Shown in pieces: positions 37,713 to 48,000 of a stretch of DNA of 64,000 nucleotides (position 1 is its first letter; each line of letters starts with the position of its first letter). The notes beneath the pieces were generated by a model. The model made no database searches. It worked only from the letters and a program-made list of their open reading frames with translations, and had not been told where the DNA came from. The stretch comes from Spirochaetia bacterium (lineage in GTDB: Bacteria > Spirochaetota > Spirochaetia > CADAEX01), in the NCBI GenBank assembly GCA_045606105.1, contig JAZURI010000002.1:155230-219229 (forward strand), read 5' to 3'. A program made the position numbers and the translations under genes.

Positions 37713-37958
37713 TTATCTGGCAGAGTAAACTGTCTTGGTGCTGATTCCCCGGAGCATTCCCAGCTTTCCCGAAAGGGCGCTGATGATATCGGTAGGAGCA
37801 TCCACCGCAATGCTGATGACTGAGATGTTCTTCTCCCTGTAGGGGATTCCCATACGGCCGATGATATAGCTGCTGTAGTCATGAAGAATGCTGTTCATTC
37901 TCTCCACAGCCTCCGGATTTTCGATAATTATACCAATAAGGGCTACTCTTGTTTCCAT
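37713..37958 (-). CDS. Small ACT/NikR-C-like protein of the TM1266-like family (putative iron-only hydrogenase system regulator family)
   Basis: 81 aa: METRVALIGIIIENPEAVERMNSILHDYSSYIIGRMGIPYREKNISVISIAVDAPTDIISALSGKLGMLRGI. This matches the GRMG(I/L)PY...ISALSGKLG pattern I recall for this family. The family call rests on my memory of that pattern, not on a search. Confidence 0.45.
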   Translation of the reverse strand: METRVALIGIIIENPEAVERMNSILHDYSSYIIGRMGIPYREKNISVISIAVDAPTDIISALSGKLGMLRGISTKTVYSAR

Positions 37959-37997
37959 ACTTGAATTATATAAAAAAAAAGCCCTTTTGACAATAAA

Positions 37998-39014
37998 TCA
38001 GAGAATAATCATGCAGTCGCCGTAGGAAAAGAAACGGTATCTTTCGGAAACGGCATGGGAATAGGCCTCTTTTATGAGCTTTTCTCCTGCAAAGGCTGAA
38101 ACCAGCATAAGGAGCGTGGATTCAGGGGTATGGAAATTGGTAAAGAGCCTGTCCACGAACCTGAAGCTGTAGCCCGGATAGATGAATATGGAGGTTGAGC
38201 TGCTTCCCGGAGGAATGATACCCTCCCGGCAGGCCGATTCCAGGGTACGCATGGAGGTGGTACCTACGGCGGTTATCCTCTTTCCGGCTCTCTTTGCTTC
38301 ATTGAGCTTATCCGAAACATCCTGAGGAATAAAATACTCCTCCGTATGCATTCTGTGGTCCTCGATATTTTCGCTGCGGATAGGAAAGAAGGTTCCGGCA
38401 CCCACATGGAGGGTTACCTCAAGAATTTCTGTCCCTTTTCCTTTCAGCTTTTCAAGGATTTCATCGGTAAAATGAAGTCCTGCCGTAGGAGCTGCCACCG
38501 AGCCTGTCTCCTTGGCATAGATGGTCTGATACCTGCTGCTGTCCATTTCCTCATCACTGCGCTTAATGTAGGGTGGCAGCGGAACATGGGCATTCCGGTC
38601 AAGATACAGGTCATCTATCACACGGGAAAATTCTAGAATCCTGGAATCATCATGAACCTCTGTGATTACCCCGGTCACATCCTCAGGAAAGCTGAATTCC
38701 TTTCCCGGAACCTGTTTCCGGCTCTTTTTGCAGATAACCTCCCAGCTTCTGTCCGAAAGGGGCCGGAGCAGAAAGAACTCCACCCTTCCTCCCGTCCTGC
38801 TGGTTCCGTAGATCCTGGCTTTCCGGACCTTTGTATTGTTTACCACAAGGATATCGTTTTCATCGAAATAATCGGTGATGTCGGCTATGTTCCTGTCCAG
38901 ATAAAGCCCCTTTTCCCGGTCAAGAACCATCATCCTGGATGTTCCCCTGACTTCGGGCGGATACTGGGCTATAAGCTCCTGGGGAAGGTCAAAACTGAAG
39001 TCGCTGGTTTTCAT
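37998..39014 (-). CDS. queA: S-adenosylmethionine:tRNA ribosyltransferase-isomerase
   Basis: 338 aa. [24 protein letters not shown] and a C-terminal GDCM-type end. Confidence 0.9.
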   Translation of the reverse strand: MKTSDFSFDLPQELIAQYPPEVRGTSRMMVLDREKGLYLDRNIADITDYFDENDILVVNNTKVRKARIYGTSRTGGRVEFFLLRPLSDRSWEVICKKSRKQVPGKEFSFPEDVTGVITEVHDDSRILEFSRVIDDLYLDRNAHVPLPPYIKRSDEEMDSSRYQTIYAKETGSVAAPTAGLHFTDEILEKLKGKGTEILEVTLHVGAGTFFPIRSENIEDHRMHTEEYFIPQDVSDKLNEAKRAGKRITAVGTTSMRTLESACREGIIPPGSSSTSIFIYPGYSFRFVDRLFTNFHTPESTLLMLVSAFAGEKLIKEAYSHAVSERYRFFSYGDCMIIL

Positions 39015-40023
39015 CGTTTCCTCCCGGTTCCAGTCCCAGATGCTGATATGCGGCCTGTGTCACGATTCTCCCTCTCGGTGTACGCTGTATGAAGCCTCTC
39101 TGGATAAGATAAGGCTCGTAGAAATCCTCCAGTGTTTCGGTGGATTCTCCTACGGATATGGCAAGGGTATCGGCTCCCACGGGACCGCCGGAATAGTTTT
39201 CTATAATTACCCTGAGTATTTCCCGGTCCTGCTTTTCAAGACCGCATTCATCGATACCCAGCTTGGAAAGACCGAAACGTACAGTATCCACGGTGATGAT
39301 ATTACTGCCTGAAATCTGGGCAAAATCCCTCATTCTACGGAGAATGCGGTTGGCTACACGGGGAGTTCCCCTGCAGCAGGAGGCCATGAGATCCAGAGCC
39401 CTGTCATCTATTTCTATATTCAGGATAGCTGCGGAACGGGTGAGAATATTTATTATTTCATCCTTTTCGTAGAGATTCATCCTGATGTTGATACCAAAAC
39501 GGCTGAAAAGAGGACTTGAAACATTGCCCGACTTGGTGGTGGCCCCCACAAGGGTGAAGGGCGGTATCGGCAGTCTGATGGAACGGGCGGAAGGACCCTG
39601 CCCTATGATCCAGTCCAGCTCGAAATCCTCCATGGCAATATAGAGCATCTCCTCGATGGCCGGCTTGAGACGATGGATTTCATCTATGAAGAAAACCGTA
39701 TTCGGGGAAATGGTGGTAAGAAGACCTGCCAGATCCTTTGGTTTATCCAGTGCCGGAGCAGAGGTAACCTTGAACTCGCTCCCCATTTCATGTGCAATGA
39801 TACCGGCAAGGGTGGTTTTTCCCAATCCCGGAGGGCCGCTGAAAAAAACATGATCCAGGCTTTCGCCTCTTCCCTTGGCTGCCTTGAGAAAAATCCTGAG
39901 ATTCTCCTTGAGCTGCTTCTGCCCCTGGAAGTCGTCGAGACTCACGGGCCTGAGAGCCGTATCCTTTCTGTCCTCAGGTATGATGCTACCGGATAAAATG
40001 TTATCGTCTTCTGTTTCTATCAT
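38989..40023 (-). CDS. ruvB: Holliday junction branch-migration ATPase RuvB
   Basis: 344 aa. AAA+ motifs [20 protein letters not shown] and the sensor region. The ATGA overlap with ruvA is present. Confidence 0.9.
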   Translation of the reverse strand: MIETEDDNILSGSIIPEDRKDTALRPVSLDDFQGQKQLKENLRIFLKAAKGRGESLDHVFFSGPPGLGKTTLAGIIAHEMGSEFKVTSAPALDKPKDLAGLLTTISPNTVFFIDEIHRLKPAIEEMLYIAMEDFELDWIIGQGPSARSIRLPIPPFTLVGATTKSGNVSSPLFSRFGINIRMNLYEKDEIINILTRSAAILNIEIDDRALDLMASCCRGTPRVANRILRRMRDFAQISGSNIITVDTVRFGLSKLGIDECGLEKQDREILRVIIENYSGGPVGADTLAISVGESTETLEDFYEPYLIQRGFIQRTPRGRIVTQAAYQHLGLEPGGNDENQRLQF

Positions 40024-40619
40024 GTGCTTAACATTACGATGGCCTGCTTGAAGAGATATTTCTCAAGCTCATCTTCCTTCATGTTCTTAGTATCGGAATT
40101 TTTCAGCACTTCATCAACAGCTTTCTGTGCCTTTCTGCGGTCGAAGCCCATATCCGAAAGTGCATTGACAATATCGCCGAACCTGTGCTTTTCCTCCGGA
40201 ATCTCCTCCTCTGTCCTGACAAGCTTTCCCCTGAGGGCAAGCAGTATCTTCTGGGCAGTTTTCTTTCCGATACCCGGAATACCTGCCAGCAGCTCCACAT
40301 CATCCCTGTCCAGGGCCTCTGCCAGCTGGTCCACTGTAACCGAGGAGAGCATCTTCATGGCCTGCTTCGGACCGATTCCGCTGACCTTGAGAAGCTCCAG
40401 GAAAAAAAGTCTTTCATCTGAAGAGCTGAAACCGTAAAGCTTTACTGCATCCTCTCTGTGAAGCAGATAGATGTAGAGCCTGCACTCCTCCCCGTTTCCG
40501 GGAAGAGCTCCCAGTGTCTTGGTGGATACGGTAATATCCCATTCTATTCCCGACGGGCTGAGAAGAAATACATTTTCCGCCCCCTTGTGGGTCAGCGTGC
40601 CGTATAATGAATTAAACAT
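40020..40619 (-). CDS. ruvA: Holliday junction DNA-binding protein RuvA
   Basis: I started at MFNSLYGTL, 4 nt after the ruvC stop. HhH motifs [13 protein letters not shown] and [13 protein letters not shown]. Confidence 0.85.
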   Translation of the reverse strand: MFNSLYGTLTHKGAENVFLLSPSGIEWDITVSTKTLGALPGNGEECRLYIYLLHREDAVKLYGFSSSDERLFFLELLKVSGIGPKQAMKMLSSVTVDQLAEALDRDDVELLAGIPGIGKKTAQKILLALRGKLVRTEEEIPEEKHRFGDIVNALSDMGFDRRKAQKAVDEVLKNSDTKNMKEDELEKYLFKQAIVMLST

Positions 40620-41094
40620 TGTTAAAGCTCCTGTTGTTGAAATGACAGATAGCGGCAGACAAGGCATCGGCAGCATGGTCGGGTCTAGGAACCTTTTCAA
40701 GGTTAAGTATAAGGCGTACCATTTCCTGCACCTGCTTCTTTTCAGCCCGCCCCTCTCCTACCACGGCCCTTTTTATGACCTGAGGGGAATATTCCGCCAC
40801 CGGAAGGTTTCTCATTGCAAATGCAAGCTGAATAACCCCCTTTGCATGGGCTACCGGAATACCGCTGGTTATATTCTTTACGAAAAAAAGTCCTTCTACG
40901 CCGGCTTCATCAGGCTTATAGGTATCAAGAACCTGATTGATGTCCTTAAAAATGACGAAAAGCCGCTGAGACAGCGGCATTTCGGGAAGAGTTTTGATAA
41001 CTCCGTGACTTATATATCTGATTTTGTTTCCTTCAGACTCAATAATACCGTAGCCTGTGGAGGCGAGTCCCGGATCTACTCCGATAATTCTCAC
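40612..41094 (-). CDS. ruvC: Crossover junction endodeoxyribonuclease RuvC
   Basis: 160 aa. MRIIGVDPGLASTGYGI with the catalytic D/E pattern and a DHAADALSAAICH tail. Confidence 0.9.
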   Translation of the reverse strand: MRIIGVDPGLASTGYGIIESEGNKIRYISHGVIKTLPEMPLSQRLFVIFKDINQVLDTYKPDEAGVEGLFFVKNITSGIPVAHAKGVIQLAFAMRNLPVAEYSPQVIKRAVVGEGRAEKKQVQEMVRLILNLEKVPRPDHAADALSAAICHFNNRSFNNV

Positions 41095-41102
41095 TTTATT
41101 AA

Positions 41103-41846
41103 TCAGTCTTCCATTTCAAAGTCGTCAGGAACTTCCAGGTTTGTTGAAACGTTCTGAACGTCATCAAGATCCTCAAGTCTTTCGATAAGCTTAAGGGCCT
41201 TTGCTGTCTTTTCCTTGTCTACAGAAACCATAAGATCCGCAATTCTGCTTACTTCTGCCTCTGTCTGCTCGAAACCTGCCTTGTTGAGAGCATCGAGAAC
41301 AGCCATGAAATCTTCAGGAGCTGTAATAACCTCAATGGTTCCGTCTTCTGTGCTTACATCGTCTGCGCCTGCTTCAAGAGCTACGGAGAAAATGTCATCT
41401 TCGCTGTATTTTGATGCATCAAAAGCAATAACACCCTTTCTCTTGAAAAGATGGGATACGCTTCCTGTGGCACCGAGGTTTCCGCCGCCCTTTGTAAGAA
41501 CACTTCTTACATCAGCTGCAGTTCTGTTCTTGTTGTCTGTAAGTGTTTCAATAAGAAGGGCAACTCCGCCCGGGCCATAACCTTCGTACATGAGTTCTAC
41601 ATATTCAACACCTTCAAGCTCACCTGTACCTTTCTTAATGGCTTTATCGATATTATCCTTAGGCATGTTTGCTGCTTTTGCCTTGAGAATGATGGCACGG
41701 AGTCTTGGGTTTCCTTCCTCGTCACCGCCGCCCATTTTGGCTGCAACAGTAATTTCCTTGATAATTTTTGTAAAAATCTGACCGCGCTTTGCGTCAGCAG
41801 CACCTTTTTTATGCTTGATACTTGCCCATTTGCTATGACCGGACAT
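41103..41846 (-). CDS. yebC: YebC/PmpR-family DNA-binding transcriptional regulator
   Basis: 247 aa. [16 protein letters not shown]-terminus and the conserved YebC core. Confidence 0.85.
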   Translation of the reverse strand: MSGHSKWASIKHKKGAADAKRGQIFTKIIKEITVAAKMGGGDEEGNPRLRAIILKAKAANMPKDNIDKAIKKGTGELEGVEYVELMYEGYGPGGVALLIETLTDNKNRTAADVRSVLTKGGGNLGATGSVSHLFKRKGVIAFDASKYSEDDIFSVALEAGADDVSTEDGTIEVITAPEDFMAVLDALNKAGFEQTEAEVSRIADLMVSVDKEKTAKALKLIERLEDLDDVQNVSTNLEVPDDFEMED

Positions 41847-41929
41847 AAAGTCTCCTTAAACTATATAGATTGAAAAAAATCTATCATATGAGAAAACCTC
41901 GGTCAAGAGGTTGCCCACATGATTTGGTT

Positions 41930-43147
41930 TTACTTTGTTATGACACGGACGAATTTTTTCTTTCCGCCGCGGATAACCACTTCGCCGTCACTGTCAAGAA
42001 CTGAGGCATCGATTACTGCCTTCACATCCCTGATATTGCTGTCGGCCACTACTGCACCACCCTGCTCTATGAGACGGCGTGCATCACTTTTTGTTCCTCC
42101 CAGAGCCCTGAAGAAAAGTTCTGTAATAAGGATACCTTTTTCAAAATCCTCTCTCGGAATCTCGATGGAAGGCATGTTTTCCTTGTTTCCGCTTCCGCTG
42201 AAGGCTGCCCTGGCACCTGAAAGGGCCTTGTCGGCCTCCTCCCTGCCGTGGATAAGGGCAGTAACCTCCCACGCAAGTCTTTCCTTGGCCTCATTGATGT
42301 TGCCCTGACAGATTGCCGCAATTTCATCAAGTGAAAGGAAAGTGAAGAGCTTGAAGAATTTCTCCACATCAGGATCGTTTACATTTCTCCAGTACTGGAA
42401 AAAGTCGTATACAGGTGTAAGCTCAGGATCCAGGAAAATGGCTCCCTTCTCGCTCTTTCCCATTTTCTGACCGTCGGCCCTGGTTACAAGCGGGAATGTG
42501 AGACCGAAGGCTTCATCTCCGGTAAGACGACGGATAAGGTCGATTCCTGCAACTATGTTACCCCACTGGTCATCACCGCCGATCTGGAGACAGGCATTGT
42601 ATTTCCTGTGGAGGTTGAGATAGTCAAAGCTCTGGAGAAGCTGATAGTTGAACTCGATGAATGAGAGACCTGTTTCCATTCTTTTCCTGTAGGACTCGAA
42701 GGTAAGCATCTTGTTTACGGAAAACTGGGAACCGATTTCCCTGAGGAAGTCGATGTAGTTCAGGTCTGCCAGCCAGTCCTTGTTGTTTACGGAATAGGCT
42801 TCGTTTCCGTCGAAACCGATGAAACGGTCCAGCTGGGCTGTAATTGATTTTGTATTTTCGTCAAGTGTTTCATAGGAAAGCATCTTGCGCATTTCTGTCT
42901 TTCCGGACGGATCGCCGATTCTTGCGGTTCCCCCTCCCACCAGGGCAATTCCCTTGTGTCCCATGGCCTTCAGATGGCGGAGTGCGAAGAACGGTACCAT
43001 ATGACCGATATGAAGACTCGGTCCTGTTGGGTCACAGCCCACATAAAAGGTAACAGGTCCCTTGTCCATAAGGGCGGAAAGCCCTTCGATATCGGTACAC
43101 TGCTGGAAAAAACCCCTTTCCTTTAAAACTTCAAGTGCCTTGTTCAT
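41930..43147 (-). CDS. tyrS: Tyrosine--tRNA ligase
   Basis: 405 aa. The HIGH motif appears as PSLHIGH, KMSKS as KMGKS, and a C-terminal S4-like domain is present. Confidence 0.9.
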   Translation of the reverse strand: MNKALEVLKERGFFQQCTDIEGLSALMDKGPVTFYVGCDPTGPSLHIGHMVPFFALRHLKAMGHKGIALVGGGTARIGDPSGKTEMRKMLSYETLDENTKSITAQLDRFIGFDGNEAYSVNNKDWLADLNYIDFLREIGSQFSVNKMLTFESYRKRMETGLSFIEFNYQLLQSFDYLNLHRKYNACLQIGGDDQWGNIVAGIDLIRRLTGDEAFGLTFPLVTRADGQKMGKSEKGAIFLDPELTPVYDFFQYWRNVNDPDVEKFFKLFTFLSLDEIAAICQGNINEAKERLAWEVTALIHGREEADKALSGARAAFSGSGNKENMPSIEIPREDFEKGILITELFFRALGGTKSDARRLIEQGGAVVADSNIRDVKAVIDASVLDSDGEVVIRGGKKKFVRVITK

Positions 43148-43157
43148 CTGTACTTCC

Positions 43158-44492
43158 TTAAACCCTCTTGTAATCCTTGTCTGCCTGACGGATTACTGCC
43201 GGGATATCCTCGATTCTGATTCTCTTCTGTTCCATGGAATCCCTGAATCTGATAGTTACGGTCCCGTTTTCCTTTGTATCGTAGTCTACTGTGATACAGT
43301 AAGGAGTTCCGATTTCATCCTGGCGTCTGTATCTGCGTCCGATAGCACCGCCCTGATCGTAATATGTGGTGAAATCCTCTCTCAGGTTCTTTTCGATCTC
43401 CTGTGCCATTTCAGCCAGTCCGTCCTTCTTTACCAGTGGGAAAACTGCAACCTTGATAGGGGCAACAGCCGGATGGAAATGGAGAACAACTCTGGAATCC
43501 TCTCCTTCAACTGCCTGCTCTTCGTAAGCATCTGAAAGAACTGTAAGAACTGTTCTTGTAAGACCTGCCGATGTTTCAATAATATATGGAATGTATTTCC
43601 TGTTTGTTCCGTCTTCAAGATAGGACTGATCCTTTCCGGAATATTCGGAATGGCGTGTAAGGTCAAAGTTTGTTCTGTTGTGAACACCTTCAAGCTCCTG
43701 GAAGCCCATCGGGAATTCATATTCGATGTCGTATGCGCATTTTGCATAGTGTGCCAGCTCGTCCGGACCGTGCTCATGCCATCTGAGCTTGCTTTCCCTG
43801 ATACCAAGCTTCTTGTAGTAGTTCCAGCGTTCGCCTCTCCAGTAATCAAACCATTTGTCGTCATCCTCAGGCTGAACGAAGAACTGCATCTCCATCTGCT
43901 CGAATTCACAGGTTCTGAAAATGAAGTTCTTGGTTGTGATCTCGTTTCTGAAAGCCTTTCCTACCTGTGCGATACCGAAAGGAACCTTCATTCTGCAGTT
44001 CTGAACCACATTCTTGAAGTTTACGTAGATACCCTGTGCAGTTTCGGGACGGAGATAGACAATGCTTCCGTTTTCCTCCACCGGACCGATATGGGTCTTG
44101 AACATAAGGTTGAATTTTCTGGTTTCTGTAAGCTCGCCGCCGCATTCCGGACAGATCTTGCTTTTTGCGTTTTCTTCAGGAATCTTGTCCTCCCTGAATC
44201 TCTGCTTGCATTTCTTGCAGTCAACAAGAGGGTCTGTGAAGTTCTCCACATGACCGGAGGCTTCCCATACTCTCGGATGCATCATGATTGCAGCATCGAT
44301 ACCTACAATATTATCATGAAGTCTGGTCATTTCCTTCCACCAGAATTCCTGGATATTCTTTTTCAGGGCGATTCCCAGAGGACCGTAGTCCCATGCTGAA
44401 GAAAGACCGCCGTAAATTTCACTTGACTGGAAGATAAAACCTCTTCTTTTACACAAGGAAACCAAGGTTTCCATACTAAGGTTGTTACTCAT
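43158..44492 (-). CDS. glyQS: Glycine--tRNA ligase (alpha2 dimeric, class II, GlyQS type)
   Basis: 444 aa. Class II motifs, the zinc-knuckle-like CKKCKQRF/CPECG insertion, and a C-terminal anticodon-binding domain. Confidence 0.9.
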   Translation of the reverse strand: MSNNLSMETLVSLCKRRGFIFQSSEIYGGLSSAWDYGPLGIALKKNIQEFWWKEMTRLHDNIVGIDAAIMMHPRVWEASGHVENFTDPLVDCKKCKQRFREDKIPEENAKSKICPECGGELTETRKFNLMFKTHIGPVEENGSIVYLRPETAQGIYVNFKNVVQNCRMKVPFGIAQVGKAFRNEITTKNFIFRTCEFEQMEMQFFVQPEDDDKWFDYWRGERWNYYKKLGIRESKLRWHEHGPDELAHYAKCAYDIEYEFPMGFQELEGVHNRTNFDLTRHSEYSGKDQSYLEDGTNRKYIPYIIETSAGLTRTVLTVLSDAYEEQAVEGEDSRVVLHFHPAVAPIKVAVFPLVKKDGLAEMAQEIEKNLREDFTTYYDQGGAIGRRYRRQDEIGTPYCITVDYDTKENGTVTIRFRDSMEQKRIRIEDIPAVIRQADKDYKRV

Positions 44493-45966
44493 TTTTTACC
44501 CCATCACTTAATATTTTTATTGCTTTTTGTATTCTGTTATGTGTTGTTTCCCCACCGAGAAGCTTGATAGAACCCACAATCGGAGGAGAAATCTTTGTAC
44601 CTGTAACCGCCACACGGAGCACCATGAGGAAATCTCCGAGCTTTACACCGATCTCACCGCATTTTTCCCTGAGAAGAGGCTCTATCTCCTCCTCTGTCAT
44701 GGAAATGAACTGCTCTGTCATGGAATCGAGAACCCTGAGAATCTCTGCAGATCCCTCAGCACTTCCCTTTTTTGGAATAAGCTCGTTAGGATCGGCAATT
44801 TCAGGCTCTCTGAAAAGGAAACCGATGACTTCCGGAATATCGGAAAGATATTTAAGCCTTTCCTTGGCAAGAGGAACCGCATTCCTGAGAACTGCCTCCT
44901 CTTCCGGCTTTACCGGCTGGCTGACAAGTCCGGCCTGAACAAGATATGGCATCAGAAGGGCTGTAAGCTCGTCATCGCTTTTCTTCCTGATATACTGACC
45001 GTTGAACCAGTCCAGCTTCTTGTAGTCGAAGACTCCCGGTGCCTTGTTCAGCTTGTCAAGGGTGAAAAGCTCCTCAAGCTCTTCTCTTGAAAAGAATTCC
45101 CTGCTGTCGTCATAGGACCATCCGATAAGGGAAACATAGTTGAGGATTGCTTCCGGAAGATATCCCTTTGCCCTGAAATCCCTGAGAGATGTGGAGCCGT
45201 GGCGTTTTGAAAGCTTCTGTCCGTCACTTCCCATTACCATAGGAAGATGGCAGTATACCGGAGGCTTCCATCCGAAGGCTTCATAGAGGATGACATGGAG
45301 AGGAATGGAAGGTACCCACTCCTGAGCCCTGAGGATATGTGTTATCTTCATGAAATGGTCATCAATGATGTTTGCAAGATGATATGTTGGGAATCCGTCT
45401 GACTTGAGCAGGATAGGATCCGGGTTTACATCGCTGTTTTTCTTCTTCATCTTTCCGAGAAGAAAATCCTCGTATTCGGTATATCCGTCAAGAGGAATCT
45501 TCAGTCTGATTACAGGCTTGATTCCTGCATCCTTGTAAACCTGCTGCTCCTCCTCGGTAAGGTCGCGGCATTTTCTGTCATAGCCGAATTCCTTTTTCTC
45601 CTGCTGCTGCTTTTCCCTGAGCTTTTCAAGCCTCTCGGAGGTACAGTAGCAGTAATATGCATGTCCGCTTTCCACAAGCTTTCTGGCATATTCCCGGTAA
45701 AGCTCCGTTCTCTGGGACTGCACGTAAGGGCCGTATTCTCCCCCCGCTTCAGGTCCCTCGTCCCAGCTGACACCCAGCCATCTGAGAGTGGAATAAAGAT
45801 CATCCAGCGCCTCGGTCTGATATCTTTCACGGTCTGTATCCTCTATTCTGAGGAGGAATTTACCGCCGTTGGCCCTGGCAAAAAAATAGTTGAAAAGTGC
45901 TGTCCTTACACCGCCGATGTGCTGAAGACCTGTAGGTGAAGGGGCATATCTTACTCTGACTTCCAT
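44485..45966 (-). CDS. gltX: Glutamate--tRNA ligase
   Basis: 493 aa. RYAPSPTG...HIGG (HIGH) and KLSKR (KMSKS) motifs. It overlaps glyQS by 8 nt. Confidence 0.9.
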   Translation of the reverse strand: MEVRVRYAPSPTGLQHIGGVRTALFNYFFARANGGKFLLRIEDTDRERYQTEALDDLYSTLRWLGVSWDEGPEAGGEYGPYVQSQRTELYREYARKLVESGHAYYCYCTSERLEKLREKQQQEKKEFGYDRKCRDLTEEEQQVYKDAGIKPVIRLKIPLDGYTEYEDFLLGKMKKKNSDVNPDPILLKSDGFPTYHLANIIDDHFMKITHILRAQEWVPSIPLHVILYEAFGWKPPVYCHLPMVMGSDGQKLSKRHGSTSLRDFRAKGYLPEAILNYVSLIGWSYDDSREFFSREELEELFTLDKLNKAPGVFDYKKLDWFNGQYIRKKSDDELTALLMPYLVQAGLVSQPVKPEEEAVLRNAVPLAKERLKYLSDIPEVIGFLFREPEIADPNELIPKKGSAEGSAEILRVLDSMTEQFISMTEEEIEPLLREKCGEIGVKLGDFLMVLRVAVTGTKISPPIVGSIKLLGGETTHNRIQKAIKILSDGVKNE

Positions 45967-45980
45967 AAAAACCTCTTAAT

Positions 45981-47150
45981 TTATTCCCTGTTCCAGATTC
46001 GTCTATAAGAACTGTTTGCTGTATTCTTCCATACTCCGAAGCCATAGGTCATAGCATACAGGTCGAATGTGACACCGTCCGGATACATATCCACGAAGAA
46101 ATTGTTCACAGGGGCAGTACTGATATCAAATGAAAGGTATTCGTAATAATCGGAAAGTACCTCCACAGATCTTCTCGGTCTGTCCGGATCGAGATGAGAA
46201 TCCTTGTCGGTTCTAGGATTATGAACCTCATAATACCCTTTGCACCCCGTAATACCCGATCCTATGACAAGCATCTTGTGTGTGGTGCTTGCAGAAGTAG
46301 GTACGTTAAGCAGAGCCATTCCCTGAAGACCGATACCGCTCGGTGTGTTGTCATCGCTCTGGATCCAGGCTGTGGAGGCTGCGGAGGCAGGTGTATCCAC
46401 GGCATAGACATAACCTTCGCTGTCTCCCGAATAGAGCCTGTCGTCAACAGTGTCATAGTAAACACGTCCGAAGATCTCTTCTTCATCCTTCAGCTCACCT
46501 GAGCCTTTCCTTGGTGTAAAATCGGTCCAGCTGTTATACTGACCCCTGTAGATCTTGTACTGTGCATTGAGATACCGGGTAGTTCCGTCGGAAACGATGT
46601 CGAACACACCTGTGGATGTAACATAAAGCTTAGGAAGGGATGTATCCTGGTTGAAGGTTGCTCCCTTGTCTGTGGAATAATAGAAATTTCCGCTCTTGTC
46701 GGAAAGATAGATGATATCGTCAGCAATACTGAGCTTGCATATCTTCCTGTCCACCGGTGTGGGAACCGGGGTCCATGTACCGGAACCGTCGCCCTGAAAA
46801 AGAAGGGTCTCCACATTGTCCTTGTCGTATGAGAGAATGAATATGGTACCGTCGCTGTGAAGGGCCATTTCTGTAGTATAGTGGCATCCCTGCGGATTAG
46901 GAACCCTGTTCCAGTCCAGTTCCCTTCCCTCTGCCTGCTTCTTGAAGATGGTTCCTGCGGCAACATAGAGATAACCGCCGGTCTTTATCATTGTATCGGA
47001 GGTTACGGAGTTAGGCATGGAATAGTCCTTAACCTTCTCTTCCACGCTGAGACCGTAGAAGATACCTACATCACTGTCGTTGCAGGATACGGAAAACAGA
47101 AGAAAAACAGCCACGACTGCATTAAGTAATATCTTTTTCATTTCAGCCAC
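45981..47150 (-). CDS. Lipoprotein with BNR/Asp-box (SxDxGxTW/F) repeats, a probable beta-propeller
   Basis: 389 aa. Lipobox LFSVSC. Asp-box-like motifs YYSTDKGATF and QGDGSGTWT. Confidence 0.5.
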   Translation of the reverse strand: MAEMKKILLNAVVAVFLLFSVSCNDSDVGIFYGLSVEEKVKDYSMPNSVTSDTMIKTGGYLYVAAGTIFKKQAEGRELDWNRVPNPQGCHYTTEMALHSDGTIFILSYDKDNVETLLFQGDGSGTWTPVPTPVDRKICKLSIADDIIYLSDKSGNFYYSTDKGATFNQDTSLPKLYVTSTGVFDIVSDGTTRYLNAQYKIYRGQYNSWTDFTPRKGSGELKDEEEIFGRVYYDTVDDRLYSGDSEGYVYAVDTPASAASTAWIQSDDNTPSGIGLQGMALLNVPTSASTTHKMLVIGSGITGCKGYYEVHNPRTDKDSHLDPDRPRRSVEVLSDYYEYLSFDISTAPVNNFFVDMYPDGVTFDLYAMTYGFGVWKNTANSSYRRIWNRE

Positions 47151-47151
47151 C

Positions 47152-47778
47152 TCAGAACCTGAACATTACAGACAATGATGTCTCAAGGAAATTACCGAAC
47201 ATGGTATGATCCGAAGTAACCTTTCCATTGCCGGAATAGATCTGCGGAATGAACCAGTATACGGCATTTATACCGAAAACCCACTCCTCGGAATAATTCC
47301 AGTATGCTCCCACTGAAGGCTTGATTATCATGTCGATATGGGCAGCATCATCCAGGATGGAGAGACAGCCGCCGACTCCCAGGGATACCGGAAATTCAAA
47401 GGGATACATCCTGAACCAGTATGTGGCCTTGGCTGTAAGGGGAACCATATAGAGGATTCTGTCGTTGGGACTCATGGCAAAGGTACCGCCGAACTCAGCA
47501 CCGATGGAAACATGGTTGCTGATGAAGGTCTGCCACGAAAGGGATCCTACGCCTCCCAGGGTAAGGTTTGTATCCGTGGTGGAGAAATCCTTGTCCATGA
47601 AGAAAAGAGGAATGAACAATCCGGCATTGATGAAGAACATCTGGTCGCCGAGACCGTACATTTCCACAAAGGTATCTTCATCTTCCTCATCAACATCAGG
47701 TGCGGCAAAAACCGGCACTGTGATGAATGCTACAATAATCAAAATCAAGAAAAATTTTTTGCTCAAATTATACATCAT
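47152..47778 (-). CDS. Small outer-membrane beta-barrel-like protein (signal peptide, alternating amphipathic strands, C-terminal Phe)
   Basis: 208 aa. Signal peptide FITVPVFAAPD. A run of aromatic-rich amphipathic strands. C-terminal ...LSVMFRF. Confidence 0.45.
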   Translation of the reverse strand: MMYNLSKKFFLILIIVAFITVPVFAAPDVDEEDEDTFVEMYGLGDQMFFINAGLFIPLFFMDKDFSTTDTNLTLGGVGSLSWQTFISNHVSIGAEFGGTFAMSPNDRILYMVPLTAKATYWFRMYPFEFPVSLGVGGCLSILDDAAHIDMIIKPSVGAYWNYSEEWVFGINAVYWFIPQIYSGNGKVTSDHTMFGNFLETSLSVMFRF

Positions 47779-47825
47779 CAGAAATATATTATTTTATTAT
47801 TATTTTATCAAGCATTTGGCAGAGC

Positions 47826-47858
47826 AAAAAAAAACCCGGACTAATTACTTAATCCGGG
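47826..47858 (-). terminator. Rho-independent terminator downstream of tRNA-Phe
   Basis: On the minus strand CCCGGA-ttaagtaattag-TCCGGG is followed by nine T residues, starting 4 nt after the tRNA 3' end. Confidence 0.6.
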
Positions 47859-47861
47859 ATC

Positions 47862-47934
47862 TGCCACCGATCAGAATCGAACTGATGACACGTAGATTTT
47901 CAGTCTACTGCTCTACCGACTGAGCTACAGCGGC
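47862..47934 (-). tRNA. tRNA-Phe (anticodon GAA)
   Basis: Minus-strand sequence GCCGCTGTAGCTCAGTCGGTAGAGCAGTAGACTGAAAATCTACGTGTCATCAGTTCGATTCTGATCGGTGGCA folds as a cloverleaf. The 7-bp acceptor has two G-U pairs. D-loop AGTCGGTA. Anticodon loop CTGAAAA. T-loop TTCGATT. CCA is not encoded. Confidence 0.85.
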
Positions 47935-47946
47935 TTACCGTTGTCA

Positions 47947-47975
47947 TTTATATTACAGCCGTAAAAAAATGTCAA
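47947..47975 (-). promoter_or_regulatory. Near-consensus sigma70 promoter driving tRNA-Phe (TTGACA, 17 bp spacer, TAATAT/TATAAA)
   Basis: The minus strand reads TTGACAtttttttacggctgtaaTATAAAtgacaacggtaa-GCCGCTG. The -10 element ends about 11 nt before the mature 5' end. Confidence 0.5.
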
Positions 47976-48000
47976 TATGTATTCCGAAAAAATTAAAATT

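Noticed and set aside
41847-41929. Hairpin AACCTC-ttgacc-GAGGTT downstream of tyrS on the minus strand as a terminator.
   Set aside because: The stem is only 6 bp, and the following TTTTCTCAT run is weak and interrupted. It may act as a weak terminator, but the evidence is too thin to annotate.
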